This document shows, piece by piece, positions 7,250 to 16,349 of a stretch of 64,000 nt of DNA. Positions within the stretch are counted from its first letter, which is position 1, and each line of letters starts with the position of its first letter. The notes beneath the pieces were generated by a model. That model did no database searches. It worked only from the letters and a program-made list of their open reading frames with translations, and was not told where the DNA came from. Origin of the DNA: Candidatus Omnitrophota bacterium (GTDB lineage Bacteria; Omnitrophota; Gorgyraeia; 2-01-FULL-45-10). The DNA lies in NCBI GenBank assembly GCA_017993955.1, contig JAGOLR010000005.1:28-64027 (forward strand). The letters are read 5' to 3'. The position numbers were made by a program, and so were the translations under genes.

Positions 7250-8191
7250 ATGACAAATAAATCAAAAATAACAAATTTCAAATTAAAGAATTCGCTTTTG
7301 ATCGCGCTTATGTTGATAGGCATATGTGCTTATGCGCATGCGAAGGCCGATGGGCTTGACGTGAAGGCCGCTGTTGACAGGCACAGCGCCACCATAGGTG
7401 ACCATATAATTTATACGATATCTGTCCGTCCGCAAAAAGGCATGGACATAGGGTTTCCTTCATTACCCCAAGGTAAAAAGATCGGTATTTTTGAGGTAAA
7501 AGATAGCGGTATAAGATCTAAGAAAGATATCTTCGGTAACAAAGTGACTACTGGATGGTATGACCTTGTCGCATACGAGGCCGGAAAGGCGCTTATACCG
7601 GCCTTGGACGTAAAATATAAATACCATTTAGAGAAAGAGCCTAAGATTATTCAAACCAAACCTATAGAAGTTACCATCGAAAGCGTGCTTCCCGCGAATA
7701 CCGTTATTTACGATATAAAAGATATTAAGGGCCCTTTGTCTTATTTCGAGATAAATTGGTTCTTGGTGGCCGCTGTGATTTTTTTGGCCGTTTTTTTGAC
7801 GGTTTTAATATATTTTAATGGTAAGATGAGGCGCGGACCGGTTAAATTGCCCCACGAGACGGCGCTTGAGGAACTGGAATCTATAAGGGCGCTATTACTG
7901 CAAAGCGGAGATATTAAGGATTTTTACGTGCGCATATCCGATTGTATACGCTTTTATATAGAGAGGTCATTCGCTGTAAAGGCCTCCGAGATGACAACCG
8001 AGGAGTTCTTGAATTCCATGAAGACCTCGCCGACTTTGACATTGGAGCAGAAGGACCTTTTGAAGGTTTTCTTAAGCTCATGTGACTTGGTAAAATTCGC
8101 CAAGCACAATCCGGCTGCACCGGAGATCGAGAACGTATTCGCCTCTGCCAAGAGGTTTGTTGAAGAGACAAGCCCGAAGAAGGAAAGATGA
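7250..8191 (+). CDS. Bat-operon membrane protein (signal peptide, central TM; DUF4381-like C-terminus)
   Basis: 313 aa. N-terminal signal LLIALMLIGICAYAHA, TM WFLVAAVIFLAVFLTVLIYF, cytoplasmic C-terminal domain. Sits at the position of the DUF4381 gene in bat operons. Confidence 0.5.
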   Translation: MTNKSKITNFKLKNSLLIALMLIGICAYAHAKADGLDVKAAVDRHSATIGDHIIYTISVRPQKGMDIGFPSLPQGKKIGIFEVKDSGIRSKKDIFGNKVTTGWYDLVAYEAGKALIPALDVKYKYHLEKEPKIIQTKPIEVTIESVLPANTVIYDIKDIKGPLSYFEINWFLVAAVIFLAVFLTVLIYFNGKMRRGPVKLPHETALEELESIRALLLQSGDIKDFYVRISDCIRFYIERSFAVKASEMTTEEFLNSMKTSPTLTLEQKDLLKVFLSSCDLVKFAKHNPAAPEIENVFASAKRFVEETSPKKER

Positions 8192-9192
8192 GTTATATAT
8201 TTCGCGACCCGACAGTCTTGCTTTTGCTTTTTATCCTGCCTGCATTGGCTTTGGTAATGATGATTCGTAAAAAGGGGGAGAGTTCTTTTGTCTTTTCATC
8301 CCGCGATCTTTTGGAAGACCTAAAGCCTACTGCCAGGATACGACTCAATAAAACCCCGGCCATTATACGGATATTGGCTTTGGCCTTGTTTATCTTGGCG
8401 CTTGCAAGACCTCAGTCCGTTACGGAAGGAACAAAGACCGTTTCGGAAGGCGTAGATATTGTATTGGTCCTTGACACTTCTACAAGCATGCTCGCAGAAG
8501 ACTTTACTATAGGCCGCACCAGGATAAACAGGTATGATGTGGTGAAAGAGGTCGTTAAGGACTTCGTAAAGAAGCGTAAAGATGACCGTATAGCGATGGT
8601 GGCCTTTGCCGGAAGGGCCTATACTGTATGCCCGCTTACGACCGATTACCCATGGCTAAACGAGAACCTCGATCGTGTAAAGGTGGGAATGATAGAAGAT
8701 GCCACCGCCATAGGCTCTTCGATAGCGTCCGCGGTGAGCCGTCTTCAGACGTCGAAGACCAAGAGTAAGGTGATAATACTGTTGACCGACGGGGTTAATA
8801 ATGCCGGGACCATATCTCCAGTGGTTGCGGCAGAAGCCGCAAAGGCCTTCAAGATAAAGATCTATACCGTAGGAGTAGGTTCTAAAGGCCTTGTGCCGTA
8901 TCCGCTTAAAGATGAGTTTGGGAGGACCGTTTACCAGAATATACCTATTGAGATAGACGAGGACGTTTTGAAGAAGATCGCCGATATCACAGGCGGTAAA
9001 TATTACCGGGCTACCGATACAGAAAGTCTGCGTAAGATATATGATGAGATAAACCGTCTTGAAAAATCGAATATAGAGCACTTTGGTTATCGGGAGTTCG
9101 GTGAGCTTTTTGATTTTTTCCTTATACCGGGGTTGCTCTTTCTGGCACTCGAGATATTTTTGGCCAATACATTGTTTTTAAAGATACCCTAG
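8188..9192 (+). CDS. batA-like: von Willebrand factor A domain membrane protein (BatA-like)
   Basis: 334 aa. N- and C-terminal TMs, MIDAS motif DxSxS (VLDTSTSM) and ILLTDGVNN. Confidence 0.8.
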   Translation: MSYIFRDPTVLLLLFILPALALVMMIRKKGESSFVFSSRDLLEDLKPTARIRLNKTPAIIRILALALFILALARPQSVTEGTKTVSEGVDIVLVLDTSTSMLAEDFTIGRTRINRYDVVKEVVKDFVKKRKDDRIAMVAFAGRAYTVCPLTTDYPWLNENLDRVKVGMIEDATAIGSSIASAVSRLQTSKTKSKVIILLTDGVNNAGTISPVVAAEAAKAFKIKIYTVGVGSKGLVPYPLKDEFGRTVYQNIPIEIDEDVLKKIADITGGKYYRATDTESLRKIYDEINRLEKSNIEHFGYREFGELFDFFLIPGLLFLALEIFLANTLFLKIP

Positions 9193-9195
9193 ACT

Positions 9196-10203
9196 ATGCA
9201 ATTTGCGCGCCCAGACTATTTTCCGGTTATCTTAGCCTCGCTTTTAGCGTTGGCGGCGTTCTTCCTTTTTGTACTTCGCAGAAGGAAGAGGCTGATGCGG
9301 AGGTTTGCCGATAAGAATCTCTTGCCGGGCATAGGGCCTACCGTTAGCCCTAAACGCAAAGCGATAAAGATGTTTCTGATTTTCGCGGCGGCTGCCTTAG
9401 CTCTGACCTCTCTTGCCAGGCCTCAGTGGGGATTTGAGTGGGAAGAGGTTAAAAGGGTAGGACTGGATATGCTTATTGCCATCGATACTTCGAAAAGCAT
9501 GCTTGCCAAAGACATGAAACCGAATCGTCTGGAGCGCTCCAAGTTTGCGATAAAAGATCTGGTGAAAAAACTTAACGGCGATCGTATAGGGATAGTGGCG
9601 TTTGCCGGTTCGGCGTTTCTGCAGTGCCCACTGACCATAGATTACAACGGATTTCTCCTTACTCTCGATGATCTTTCAGTGGGAACAATACCGCGGGGTG
9701 GCACATCCATGGCTTCTGCGATACGGGAGGCCTTCTCGGTATTTCAGGGTCCGGATAAGCAATATAAGGTGCTTGTTATAATTACTGACGGTGAAGATTT
9801 GGAGGGGGACGTCCTCAAGGCTGTGGAAGAGGCCGCAAAATCCGGGATAAAGATTTTTTGTGTAGGGGTAGGTACTACCGACGGAGAGCTCATACAGGTA
9901 AGCGGCCGGGGCGGCACAGCTTTTCTGGAAGACAAACAGGGCAACGCTGTTAAGACGAAATTGAACGAAGACCTGCTTAAAAAGATAGCTCTTTCAACCG
10001 GTGGGAGCTACATACGGGCCTCACAGGCCGATTTCGGGCTTGTCCGCCTTTACGATGAAAGCATCTCCAAGCTTGAGAAGAGGGATATAGAGTCCAAAAT
10101 GCGCAAGAAGTATCACGAGCGCTATCAATACCTTTTATCTATCGCGCTTATATTGTTGCTTATAGAACCGCTGGTATCCGAAAGAAAAAGGGCAGCATCA
10201 TGA
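9196..10203 (+). CDS. batB-like: von Willebrand factor A domain membrane protein (BatB-like)
   Basis: 335 aa, IAIDTSKSM MIDAS motif, VLVIITDGED, terminal TMs. Confidence 0.8.
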   Translation: MQFARPDYFPVILASLLALAAFFLFVLRRRKRLMRRFADKNLLPGIGPTVSPKRKAIKMFLIFAAAALALTSLARPQWGFEWEEVKRVGLDMLIAIDTSKSMLAKDMKPNRLERSKFAIKDLVKKLNGDRIGIVAFAGSAFLQCPLTIDYNGFLLTLDDLSVGTIPRGGTSMASAIREAFSVFQGPDKQYKVLVIITDGEDLEGDVLKAVEEAAKSGIKIFCVGVGTTDGELIQVSGRGGTAFLEDKQGNAVKTKLNEDLLKKIALSTGGSYIRASQADFGLVRLYDESISKLEKRDIESKMRKKYHERYQYLLSIALILLLIEPLVSERKRAAS

Positions 10204-11474
10204 GACATCAGATATTTTCCCTGGTGTTACTGGTAACGTTGCTTTCCGGCACAGCCTCAGCGGCTCCCAAAGAAGATGTAAAAAGAGGTAACTCGTTATA
10301 TAATAAGGGCGATTTTGAAGGAGCTATCAAGTCTTACAACGAGGCATTGGCCAAATCTCCAGGGGAAGGGTTACCTAATTTTAATTCCGGGGCAGCTCAA
10401 TATAAGAAGTCGAATTACGAGAAGGCTATAGACTCTTTCAACAAGGCCATAGCCTCAGGACGGAACGCGCTGACTGCCATGGCAGACTATAATATAGGTA
10501 ATATATATTATAGGATGGGCAACAAGGCCGAGCCGAAAGATATAAAGAAGGCGGAGGAACATTACGATACTGCCTTGAAATTCTATAAGCGCTCTCTGGA
10601 CTTGAATCCCGATGACCGGGACGTTAAATTTAACTACGAGTTTGTGTATAATCGCATAAAACAGCTTAAGGAACCTCAAAAGAAACAGGAAGAAGAGAAG
10701 AAGGACGAAAAACAAAAAGACCAGAAAGACAATAAACAGGATCAGAAAGATAAAAAAGATAACCAGGATAAGCAGAATCAGGATAAAAAAGACAATAAGG
10801 ACGAACAGAATAAGCAGGATAAAGAGGACCAGAATAAAGATAAAAAAGACCAAGAGGACAGTCAGGGCGGAGGCGGCGGACAGAAAGAAAAGGACCAAAA
10901 TAGCTCTCAAGGCGAGTCTGGCGGGGAAAAGAAGCAAGATTCCGGCGGTCAAGAAGAGAAGGATAAACAAAAAGATAAATCCGAAGATAAAGACGAAAAA
11001 GGCGGCGGCCAGTCATCAGAAGACAAGCAAGACGGCGGTGATGATACCAAAGACCAGGGCGGCGCTGAGAAGAAGGAAGACGATAAAGAAGACGAGAAGC
11101 CCGAAGGTTCGCAGGGTGGGGACGAGAAAGACAAGGATAAAGAGGGTTCTGAGGAGCAGGACAAAAAAGAGGGCGGCGAGGTTGAGGGAGAAGGCGCTCG
11201 GGGCGGAACCGAACAGGAGGAGAAGCCCGAATCTCAAGGTGATAAAGAGGAAGAGAGGGAAGGTCCGGGTGCTGGTGAGGAAAAGAAGGACGCCGCGCCG
11301 CAAGGAGGTCTAGAGTTCTATCAGGCCCCTCAAAAGGACCAGGAACCAGGCGAGATGAGCGAACGCGAGGCCAAAATGCTGCTCGAGGGTTATAAGGGAG
11401 AAGAGGCGACCGGCCGGGCTGTTAAACTGCGCACAAAACACATAGATGTTTCCGAACCTTCCAGAGATTGGTAG
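10200..11474 (+). CDS. batC-like: TPR-repeat protein with a long K/D/E/Q/G low-complexity region (BatC-like)
   Basis: 424 aa. N-terminal signal plus TPR repeats (GNSLYNKGDFEGAIKSYNEAL...), an approximately 240-aa charged low-complexity segment, and a conserved C-terminal MSEREAKMLLEGYKGEE tail. Confidence 0.7.
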   Translation: MRHQIFSLVLLVTLLSGTASAAPKEDVKRGNSLYNKGDFEGAIKSYNEALAKSPGEGLPNFNSGAAQYKKSNYEKAIDSFNKAIASGRNALTAMADYNIGNIYYRMGNKAEPKDIKKAEEHYDTALKFYKRSLDLNPDDRDVKFNYEFVYNRIKQLKEPQKKQEEEKKDEKQKDQKDNKQDQKDKKDNQDKQNQDKKDNKDEQNKQDKEDQNKDKKDQEDSQGGGGGQKEKDQNSSQGESGGEKKQDSGGQEEKDKQKDKSEDKDEKGGGQSSEDKQDGGDDTKDQGGAEKKEDDKEDEKPEGSQGGDEKDKDKEGSEEQDKKEGGEVEGEGARGGTEQEEKPESQGDKEEEREGPGAGEEKKDAAPQGGLEFYQAPQKDQEPGEMSEREAKMLLEGYKGEEATGRAVKLRTKHIDVSEPSRDW

Positions 11475-11475
11475 C

Positions 11476-13311
11476 ATGAAAAAGATATCCATTATAAACA
11501 TAACATTTTTATCCATTTTCGTTTTTGCGGGCATTCTCCTTGCGGCTGATGCCAAATTTGAAGCAAATCTGGATCGCAACGAAATCGCGATAGGGGAATC
11601 TGTCCAGCTGGGGCTTACGTTTTACGGTACCCAGAGTATGCCGGCCCCGGATCTGGGTTCTATCGACGGTTTGGATATAAGGTATATCGGACCATCCACC
11701 ATGATGACTGTCATTAACGGGCAGGTTTCGAGTTCTATAACTCATATGTACGCTGTCCAGGCGCTGCGTCCCGGCAAATTTCAGCTCGGTCCGTTTGCAT
11801 TCCAGCATAAGAATGTTAAATATTCATCAAATACAACATTTTTAGAGGTTGTGTCGGAGAAGGTAATATCGCAGGCTTCGAGGCAAAAAGCCCCGGTTGT
11901 AGAAAAGTTGAACCTCGGGGACAGGGTATTCGTAACGCTTGAGGCTGACAAGCTTGCCGGGTACGTGAACGAGCTTATACCGATAACGGTGCGGCTTTTT
12001 GTGAACAGAATGAATGTCAGCGATATACAGCTCCCAGCATTTGAACAGGAGGAGTTCTCGAAAGTAGCGTTCAAAGAGCCAAAGCAATACAGGCGTTCTA
12101 TCGGGGGTGTGCTTTACGATATTCTCGAATTTAAGACCGATATTTTTGGCACTAAGCCCGGTGACTACAAATTAGGTCCTGCAAAATTAAAATGCAATGT
12201 AATGGTCCGTAAAAACCTTCCCATGGGGCCCTCCGCGCGCGACGACTTCTTTGGTGATGAATTTGGGAGGAATCCTTTTTATGACGATTTCTTTACAAGA
12301 TACGAAAGACATCCGGTCGAGCTTAAATCTCAGGAAGTCAAGCTTGTTATCCAGCCGTTACCCGCAGAGGGGATGCCGAAGGACTTTTCCGGAGCCGTTG
12401 GCGATTATCAGTTCATCGTGGACGCCAACCCTAAAAAGCTGAAGGTCGGAGACCCGATAACCCTCAATATGTCGATAAACGGAAAGGGCAACTTCAATAC
12501 GGTTATAATGCCAAAAGTAGAGTCGGCAACCGGCTTTAGAGTTTACGAACCCCAGATAAAGACGGGCGAGAACACTAAGGAGTTTAAACAGGTCCTGATA
12601 CCCGAAACAGATAAGGTGACCCAGATACCCGCCCTTACATTTAATTACTTTAATCCGTATCGCAAAGAATACAAGTCGATAACTCAAGGACCTATTGCTA
12701 TATCTGTTGAAAAGCTTAAAGAAGAGACCCAGGCTCAAGTCATAGGTCCGATAAAGACCAGTGCCGAAGATATTATTAAAGATGATGAAGCTTCTCGTGA
12801 TCTGATATATATAAAAGAATCTCCCGGAGAATGGGTTGCAAGGGGCAGGCGCATATACAGATCTAAAACTTTTGCGACAGGATTCGTGTTACCTTTTGTT
12901 TTCCTGAACATTCTCGCGATAGTGCAGAATAGAAGAAATCGTATCAGAAGCGACAGCGCTTATGCGGGCCGGATAAAGGCTTTCAAGATACAGAAAAAGG
13001 CCATCAGGAACCTGCGTCGGCATTTGCGTTCCGGAGATAGGAAGGAATTTTACGAACGTTTCTTCAAAACCCTTCAAGATTATCTCGGGAACCGCCTTAA
13101 TATCCCGGCGGCCGGTATAACTTACGCCGTTATCGAATCCGTTCTTGCGCAAAAAGAGCCGGATCTTGATATCATGAGGAAGTTGTCAAGATTGTTTGAG
13201 GCTTGCGATCAGGCAAAGTTCGCGCAAAGCCCTGCCAGCGACATGCAGGTCGAGGATGACCTGAAGGAGCTTAAAGAGATAATCGCCTACTTCGAACGGA
13301 AGAAGATATGA
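11476..13311 (+). CDS. batD-like: BatD-like protein (oxygen-tolerance family)
   Basis: About 611 aa from Met 11476 (signal peptide MKKISIINITFLSIFVFAGILLAA). Repeated beta-rich extracytoplasmic domains, TM near the C-terminus, cytoplasmic tail. Occupies the batD position. Confidence 0.65.
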   Translation: MKKISIINITFLSIFVFAGILLAADAKFEANLDRNEIAIGESVQLGLTFYGTQSMPAPDLGSIDGLDIRYIGPSTMMTVINGQVSSSITHMYAVQALRPGKFQLGPFAFQHKNVKYSSNTTFLEVVSEKVISQASRQKAPVVEKLNLGDRVFVTLEADKLAGYVNELIPITVRLFVNRMNVSDIQLPAFEQEEFSKVAFKEPKQYRRSIGGVLYDILEFKTDIFGTKPGDYKLGPAKLKCNVMVRKNLPMGPSARDDFFGDEFGRNPFYDDFFTRYERHPVELKSQEVKLVIQPLPAEGMPKDFSGAVGDYQFIVDANPKKLKVGDPITLNMSINGKGNFNTVIMPKVESATGFRVYEPQIKTGENTKEFKQVLIPETDKVTQIPALTFNYFNPYRKEYKSITQGPIAISVEKLKEETQAQVIGPIKTSAEDIIKDDEASRDLIYIKESPGEWVARGRRIYRSKTFATGFVLPFVFLNILAIVQNRRNRIRSDSAYAGRIKAFKIQKKAIRNLRRHLRSGDRKEFYERFFKTLQDYLGNRLNIPAAGITYAVIESVLAQKEPDLDIMRKLSRLFEACDQAKFAQSPASDMQVEDDLKELKEIIAYFERKKI

Positions 13312-14093
13312 GAATGAAAAACCTGCTATTTCTAGTATTGTCTGGGATTATAGTAGCATCTTTCGGTGTTACGGGATCATGCGAGAGCCAAGGTCCCGTT
13401 GATCCTAACCAGTTCTTCTATAAAGGGAATTCAGACTACAAGTCCGCGAATTATGCAGATGCGTTATTGGCATATGATAATGTGCTTAATATGGGGCTCG
13501 AAAGCGGCAACCTATACTATAATATAGGTAACAGCTTCTTCAAGACGAACAAGATCGGTTACGCGATACTATTTTATGAGCGAGCCAAGGAGATCATGCC
13601 ATACGACAGCGACCTGCGCTCTAATCTGGAATTTGCAAGATCTGTTGTAAACGAGCCTTCGTGGGATGACGCGACGGATAGCGCCTTTATGAAAGCCGTG
13701 AAGAGGCCTTATCGCGATTTTAGTTTAAGCGCTTTATCTTATATTGCCCTGGGCCTTTATGTATTTATGATCCTTCTTTTCGCGTTTAATATAATCAATC
13801 CTATGATGGCTAAGAGGGCGCGTTTTGTAATCGGTTTTGTAGTGCTTGTAGGATTATATACAATAATTGTCTTCTGCATGCGTTATTATAATCAGGAGAT
13901 ACAGAAGAAAGGCGTCGTTTTAATTAAAGATGCAGAAAGCAAATACGAACCGATAGATAAATCCGCTACATTTTTTAAACTGCAGGAAGGGGCGGAAGTC
14001 ATAATATTATCGACGAGAGACGGGTGGAGGCAGGTACGGCGCGCTGATGGAAAGATAGGGTGGGTTAAGAAAGAAAAGGTAGAACCTATTTAA
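13308..14093 (+). CDS. batE-like: TPR + C-terminal SH3b-like domain membrane protein (BatE-like)
   Basis: 261 aa. TPR motifs (YYNIGNSFFKTNKIGYAILFYERA), two TMs, C-terminal GWRQVRRADGKIGWVKKEKV SH3-like motif. Confidence 0.65.
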   Translation: MRMKNLLFLVLSGIIVASFGVTGSCESQGPVDPNQFFYKGNSDYKSANYADALLAYDNVLNMGLESGNLYYNIGNSFFKTNKIGYAILFYERAKEIMPYDSDLRSNLEFARSVVNEPSWDDATDSAFMKAVKRPYRDFSLSALSYIALGLYVFMILLFAFNIINPMMAKRARFVIGFVVLVGLYTIIVFCMRYYNQEIQKKGVVLIKDAESKYEPIDKSATFFKLQEGAEVIILSTRDGWRQVRRADGKIGWVKKEKVEPI

Positions 14094-14116
14094 ATCGAAA
14101 AAATTTGAAAATAAAT

Positions 14117-14144
14117 CTTGACAGAAATTTAACTTTTGCTATAA
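14117..14144 (+). promoter_or_regulatory. consensus sigma-70 promoter TTGACA - 16 nt - TATAAT
   Basis: TTGACA at 14117-14122 and TATAAT at 14139-14144. Confidence 0.6.
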
Positions 14145-14210
14145 TTAAGCAACTTATTTAACCAGCAACTAGATAGAAAATAGATAGATCCGACGAGTTT
14201 ACAAGCAAAA

Positions 14211-14245
14211 CAACTCCGTTATGGAGTTTTTTGTCTTTTTTTGTA
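14211..14245 (+). terminator. intrinsic-terminator-like hairpin AACTCC-GTTAT-GGAGTT followed by TTTTGTCTTTTTTT
   Basis: GC-containing 6-bp stem followed by a T-rich tract, about 70 nt downstream of the consensus promoter. Confidence 0.5.
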
Positions 14246-14312
14246 ATATATTATAAGCGTAATAATTCATTTACACCCAGCCGCTAACGCTTAAATAAAA
14301 AAGCTAAAAGCG

Positions 14313-14388
14313 GCTGCAGTAGCTCAGTTGGTAGAGCACATCCTTGGTAAGGATGAGGTCATCGGTTCAATCCCGATCTGCAGCTCCA
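14313..14388 (+). tRNA. thrT-like: tRNA-Thr (anticodon GGT)
   Basis: GCTGCAG acceptor, D-arm GCTC-AGTTGGTA-GAGC, anticodon stem-loop CATCC-TTGGTAA-GGATG, T-arm ATCGG-TTCAATC-CCGAT, ends CTGCAGC-T-CCA. Confidence 0.85.
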
Positions 14389-14435
14389 TACTGCTTCGCA
14401 AAGATAAATGTGAAAGGCAAAAACCGGAGGCTATT

Positions 14436-15632
14436 ATGGCAAAGGAAGCATTTGTAAGATCTAAGCCGCACGTCAATGTCGGGACCATCGGTCACATCGA
14501 CCATGGAAAGACCACGCTTACGGCATCGATCCTGGCCGTGCTCTCCAAAAAGGGGAAGGCCCAGGTAAAGAGTTATGCCGATATCGCCAAAGGCGGTACG
14601 GTCCGTGACGAAACCAAGACCGTTACAATAGCCGTAGCCCACGTAGAGTACGAGACCGACAACCGCCATTACGCCCATATCGACTGCCCGGGACACGCCG
14701 ACTACATCAAGAATATGATCACCGGCGCCGCCCAGATGGACGGAGCCATCCTTGTGGTAAGTGCAGTCGACGGCCCGATGCCTCAGACCAGAGAACACAT
14801 ACTCCTTGCGCGTCAGGTCAACGTCCCCTCGATAGTCGTATTCCTCAATAAAGTAGACCTTGTAGAAGACAAAGAACTCGTAGACCTCGTAGAACTCGAA
14901 GTAAGAGAACTCCTCACAAAGTATAAATTCCCTGGAGACAAGACCCCTATAATAAAGGGCAGTTCGCTCAAGGCCCTCAACGCCCCGGATAACCCCGAGA
15001 GCGCCAAGTGTATATTCGATCTCATGGAAGCCGTAGATACCTTCGTACCGACACCTGTCCGCGCGCTCGATAAACCGTTCCTCATGCCTATAGAAGACGT
15101 ATTCTCAATAACAGGCCGCGGCACAGTAGGTACCGGAAGGGTCGAGAGAGGCCAGATAAAGGTAGGCGAAGAGATCGAGATAGTAGGTATAAAGCCCACT
15201 AAGAAATCGGTAGTGACCGGAGTCGAGATGTTCAGAAAGCTCCTGGATTCAGGCCAAGCAGGTGACAACATAGGAGTTCTCTTGAGGGGTATAGAAAAGA
15301 CCGACATCGAGCGCGGTCAGGTACTTGCGAAACCCGGTTCCATAACCCCCCACACAAAGTTCAAATCCGAAGTCTATATACTGAGTAAAGAGGAAGGCGG
15401 CCGCCATACACCGTTCTTCAACGGCTACCGCCCCCAGTTCTACTTCAGGACCACAGACGTTACCGGAGTAGTCACCCTCCCCAAGGGAGTCGAGATGGTG
15501 ATGCCCGGCGATAACGTCACATTCGAAGTTCAACTCATAACCCCCATAGCCATGGAAAAGGAACTGCGCTTCGCCATACGCGAAGGCGGCCATACCGTAG
15601 GCGCGGGTGTAGTGACAGAGATACTAGAGTAA
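14436..15632 (+). CDS. tuf: elongation factor Tu (copy 1, tufB-type position after the tRNA cluster)
   Basis: 398 aa [30 protein letters not shown]... The supplied ORF 14328..15632 includes the tRNA; true start is the ATG at 14436 preceded by GGAGG. Confidence 0.95.
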   Translation: MAKEAFVRSKPHVNVGTIGHIDHGKTTLTASILAVLSKKGKAQVKSYADIAKGGTVRDETKTVTIAVAHVEYETDNRHYAHIDCPGHADYIKNMITGAAQMDGAILVVSAVDGPMPQTREHILLARQVNVPSIVVFLNKVDLVEDKELVDLVELEVRELLTKYKFPGDKTPIIKGSSLKALNAPDNPESAKCIFDLMEAVDTFVPTPVRALDKPFLMPIEDVFSITGRGTVGTGRVERGQIKVGEEIEIVGIKPTKKSVVTGVEMFRKLLDSGQAGDNIGVLLRGIEKTDIERGQVLAKPGSITPHTKFKSEVYILSKEEGGRHTPFFNGYRPQFYFRTTDVTGVVTLPKGVEMVMPGDNVTFEVQLITPIAMEKELRFAIREGGHTVGAGVVTEILE

Positions 15633-15635
15633 ACG

Positions 15636-15791
15636 ATGGCGCCACAAGAGCAGATAACATTCGAATGTACGGTTTGTAAGAACCGTAATTACCATTCGAT
15701 GAAAAACAAGAAGAAGAATCCGGATAAGCTTAACAGAAGCAAGTTCTGCAAAACCTGTAAGAAACATACTTTACATAAGGAGATTAAGTAA
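15636..15791 (+). CDS. rpmG: 50S ribosomal protein L33
   Basis: 51 aa [51 protein letters not shown] with a C4 zinc ribbon. Starts 3 nt after the tuf stop. Under 60 aa, so absent from the ORF track. Confidence 0.8.
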   Translation: MAPQEQITFECTVCKNRNYHSMKNKKKNPDKLNRSKFCKTCKKHTLHKEIK

Positions 15792-15882
15792 CATAGTGTT
15801 GTCTGCGGCTGCAGGCAAAGAAACATATTGCTATCAAGCCTTCCTTATCCTGCCAGGTAGAGGGCAAAGCACGTGAAGGCAG

Positions 15883-15959
15883 AGGCCAGTAGCTCCAATT
15901 GGTAGAGCAGCGGTCTCCAAAACCGCGTGTTGGGGGTTCGAGTCCCTCCTGGCCTGCCA
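15883..15959 (+). tRNA. trpT-like: tRNA-Trp (anticodon CCA)
   Basis: AGGCCAG acceptor, anticodon stem-loop GCGGT-CTCCAAA-ACCGC, T-arm GGGGG-TTCGAGT-CCCTC, ends CTGGCCT-G-CCA. Canonical position before secE. Confidence 0.85.
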
Positions 15960-16133
15960 GTTTCGATCACAAGCTGGTTCTGGGATGGTCAAAATTCGGC
16001 TTGAGTCTTTTAAACGAAAAACGGCTTGGCCGAGCATTATTGAGTCAAAATCCCGAAATTATTACGGGGCTGGACTTTGAGGTCTGGATGACTCCAGACT
16101 GTTGGAAAAGATTTGTCACCGGAGCACTTAAAG

Positions 16134-16325
16134 ATGGCCAATAAAGTAGCGAATTTCTTTAAAGAGATAAAGCTGGAGATGTCAAAGGTCGCATGGCCTA
16201 CGCGCCAGGAACTGATAGGTTCTACGGCGGTGGTATTGATATCACTTGCTATACTATCTGTTTTTATAGGTGTTTGTGACGTAGTTCTCTCTACTGTAGT
16301 TAACATCATTATGGCTCGTCTATAA
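16134..16325 (+). CDS. secE: preprotein translocase subunit SecE
   Basis: MANKVANFFKEIKLEMSKVAWPTRQEL plus a single TM. Start moved from the ORF start to Met 16134. Confidence 0.8.
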   Translation: MANKVANFFKEIKLEMSKVAWPTRQELIGSTAVVLISLAILSVFIGVCDVVLSTVVNIIMARL

Positions 16326-16349
16326 TAGAAGAAGGTTAGGCTAAAGATA

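Noticed and set aside
10455-11303. Cluster of minus-strand and alternative-frame ORFs (171, 116, 95, 91, 71 aa) in the BatC low-complexity region
   Set aside because: Artifacts of the codon-repetitive K/D/E tract. Translations are homopolymer-like (poly-L/F or poly-R/K).
14367-14798. 143-aa minus-strand ORF, with an identical copy at 29995..30456
   Set aside because: Antisense to tuf. Its duplication merely reflects the identical tuf copies.
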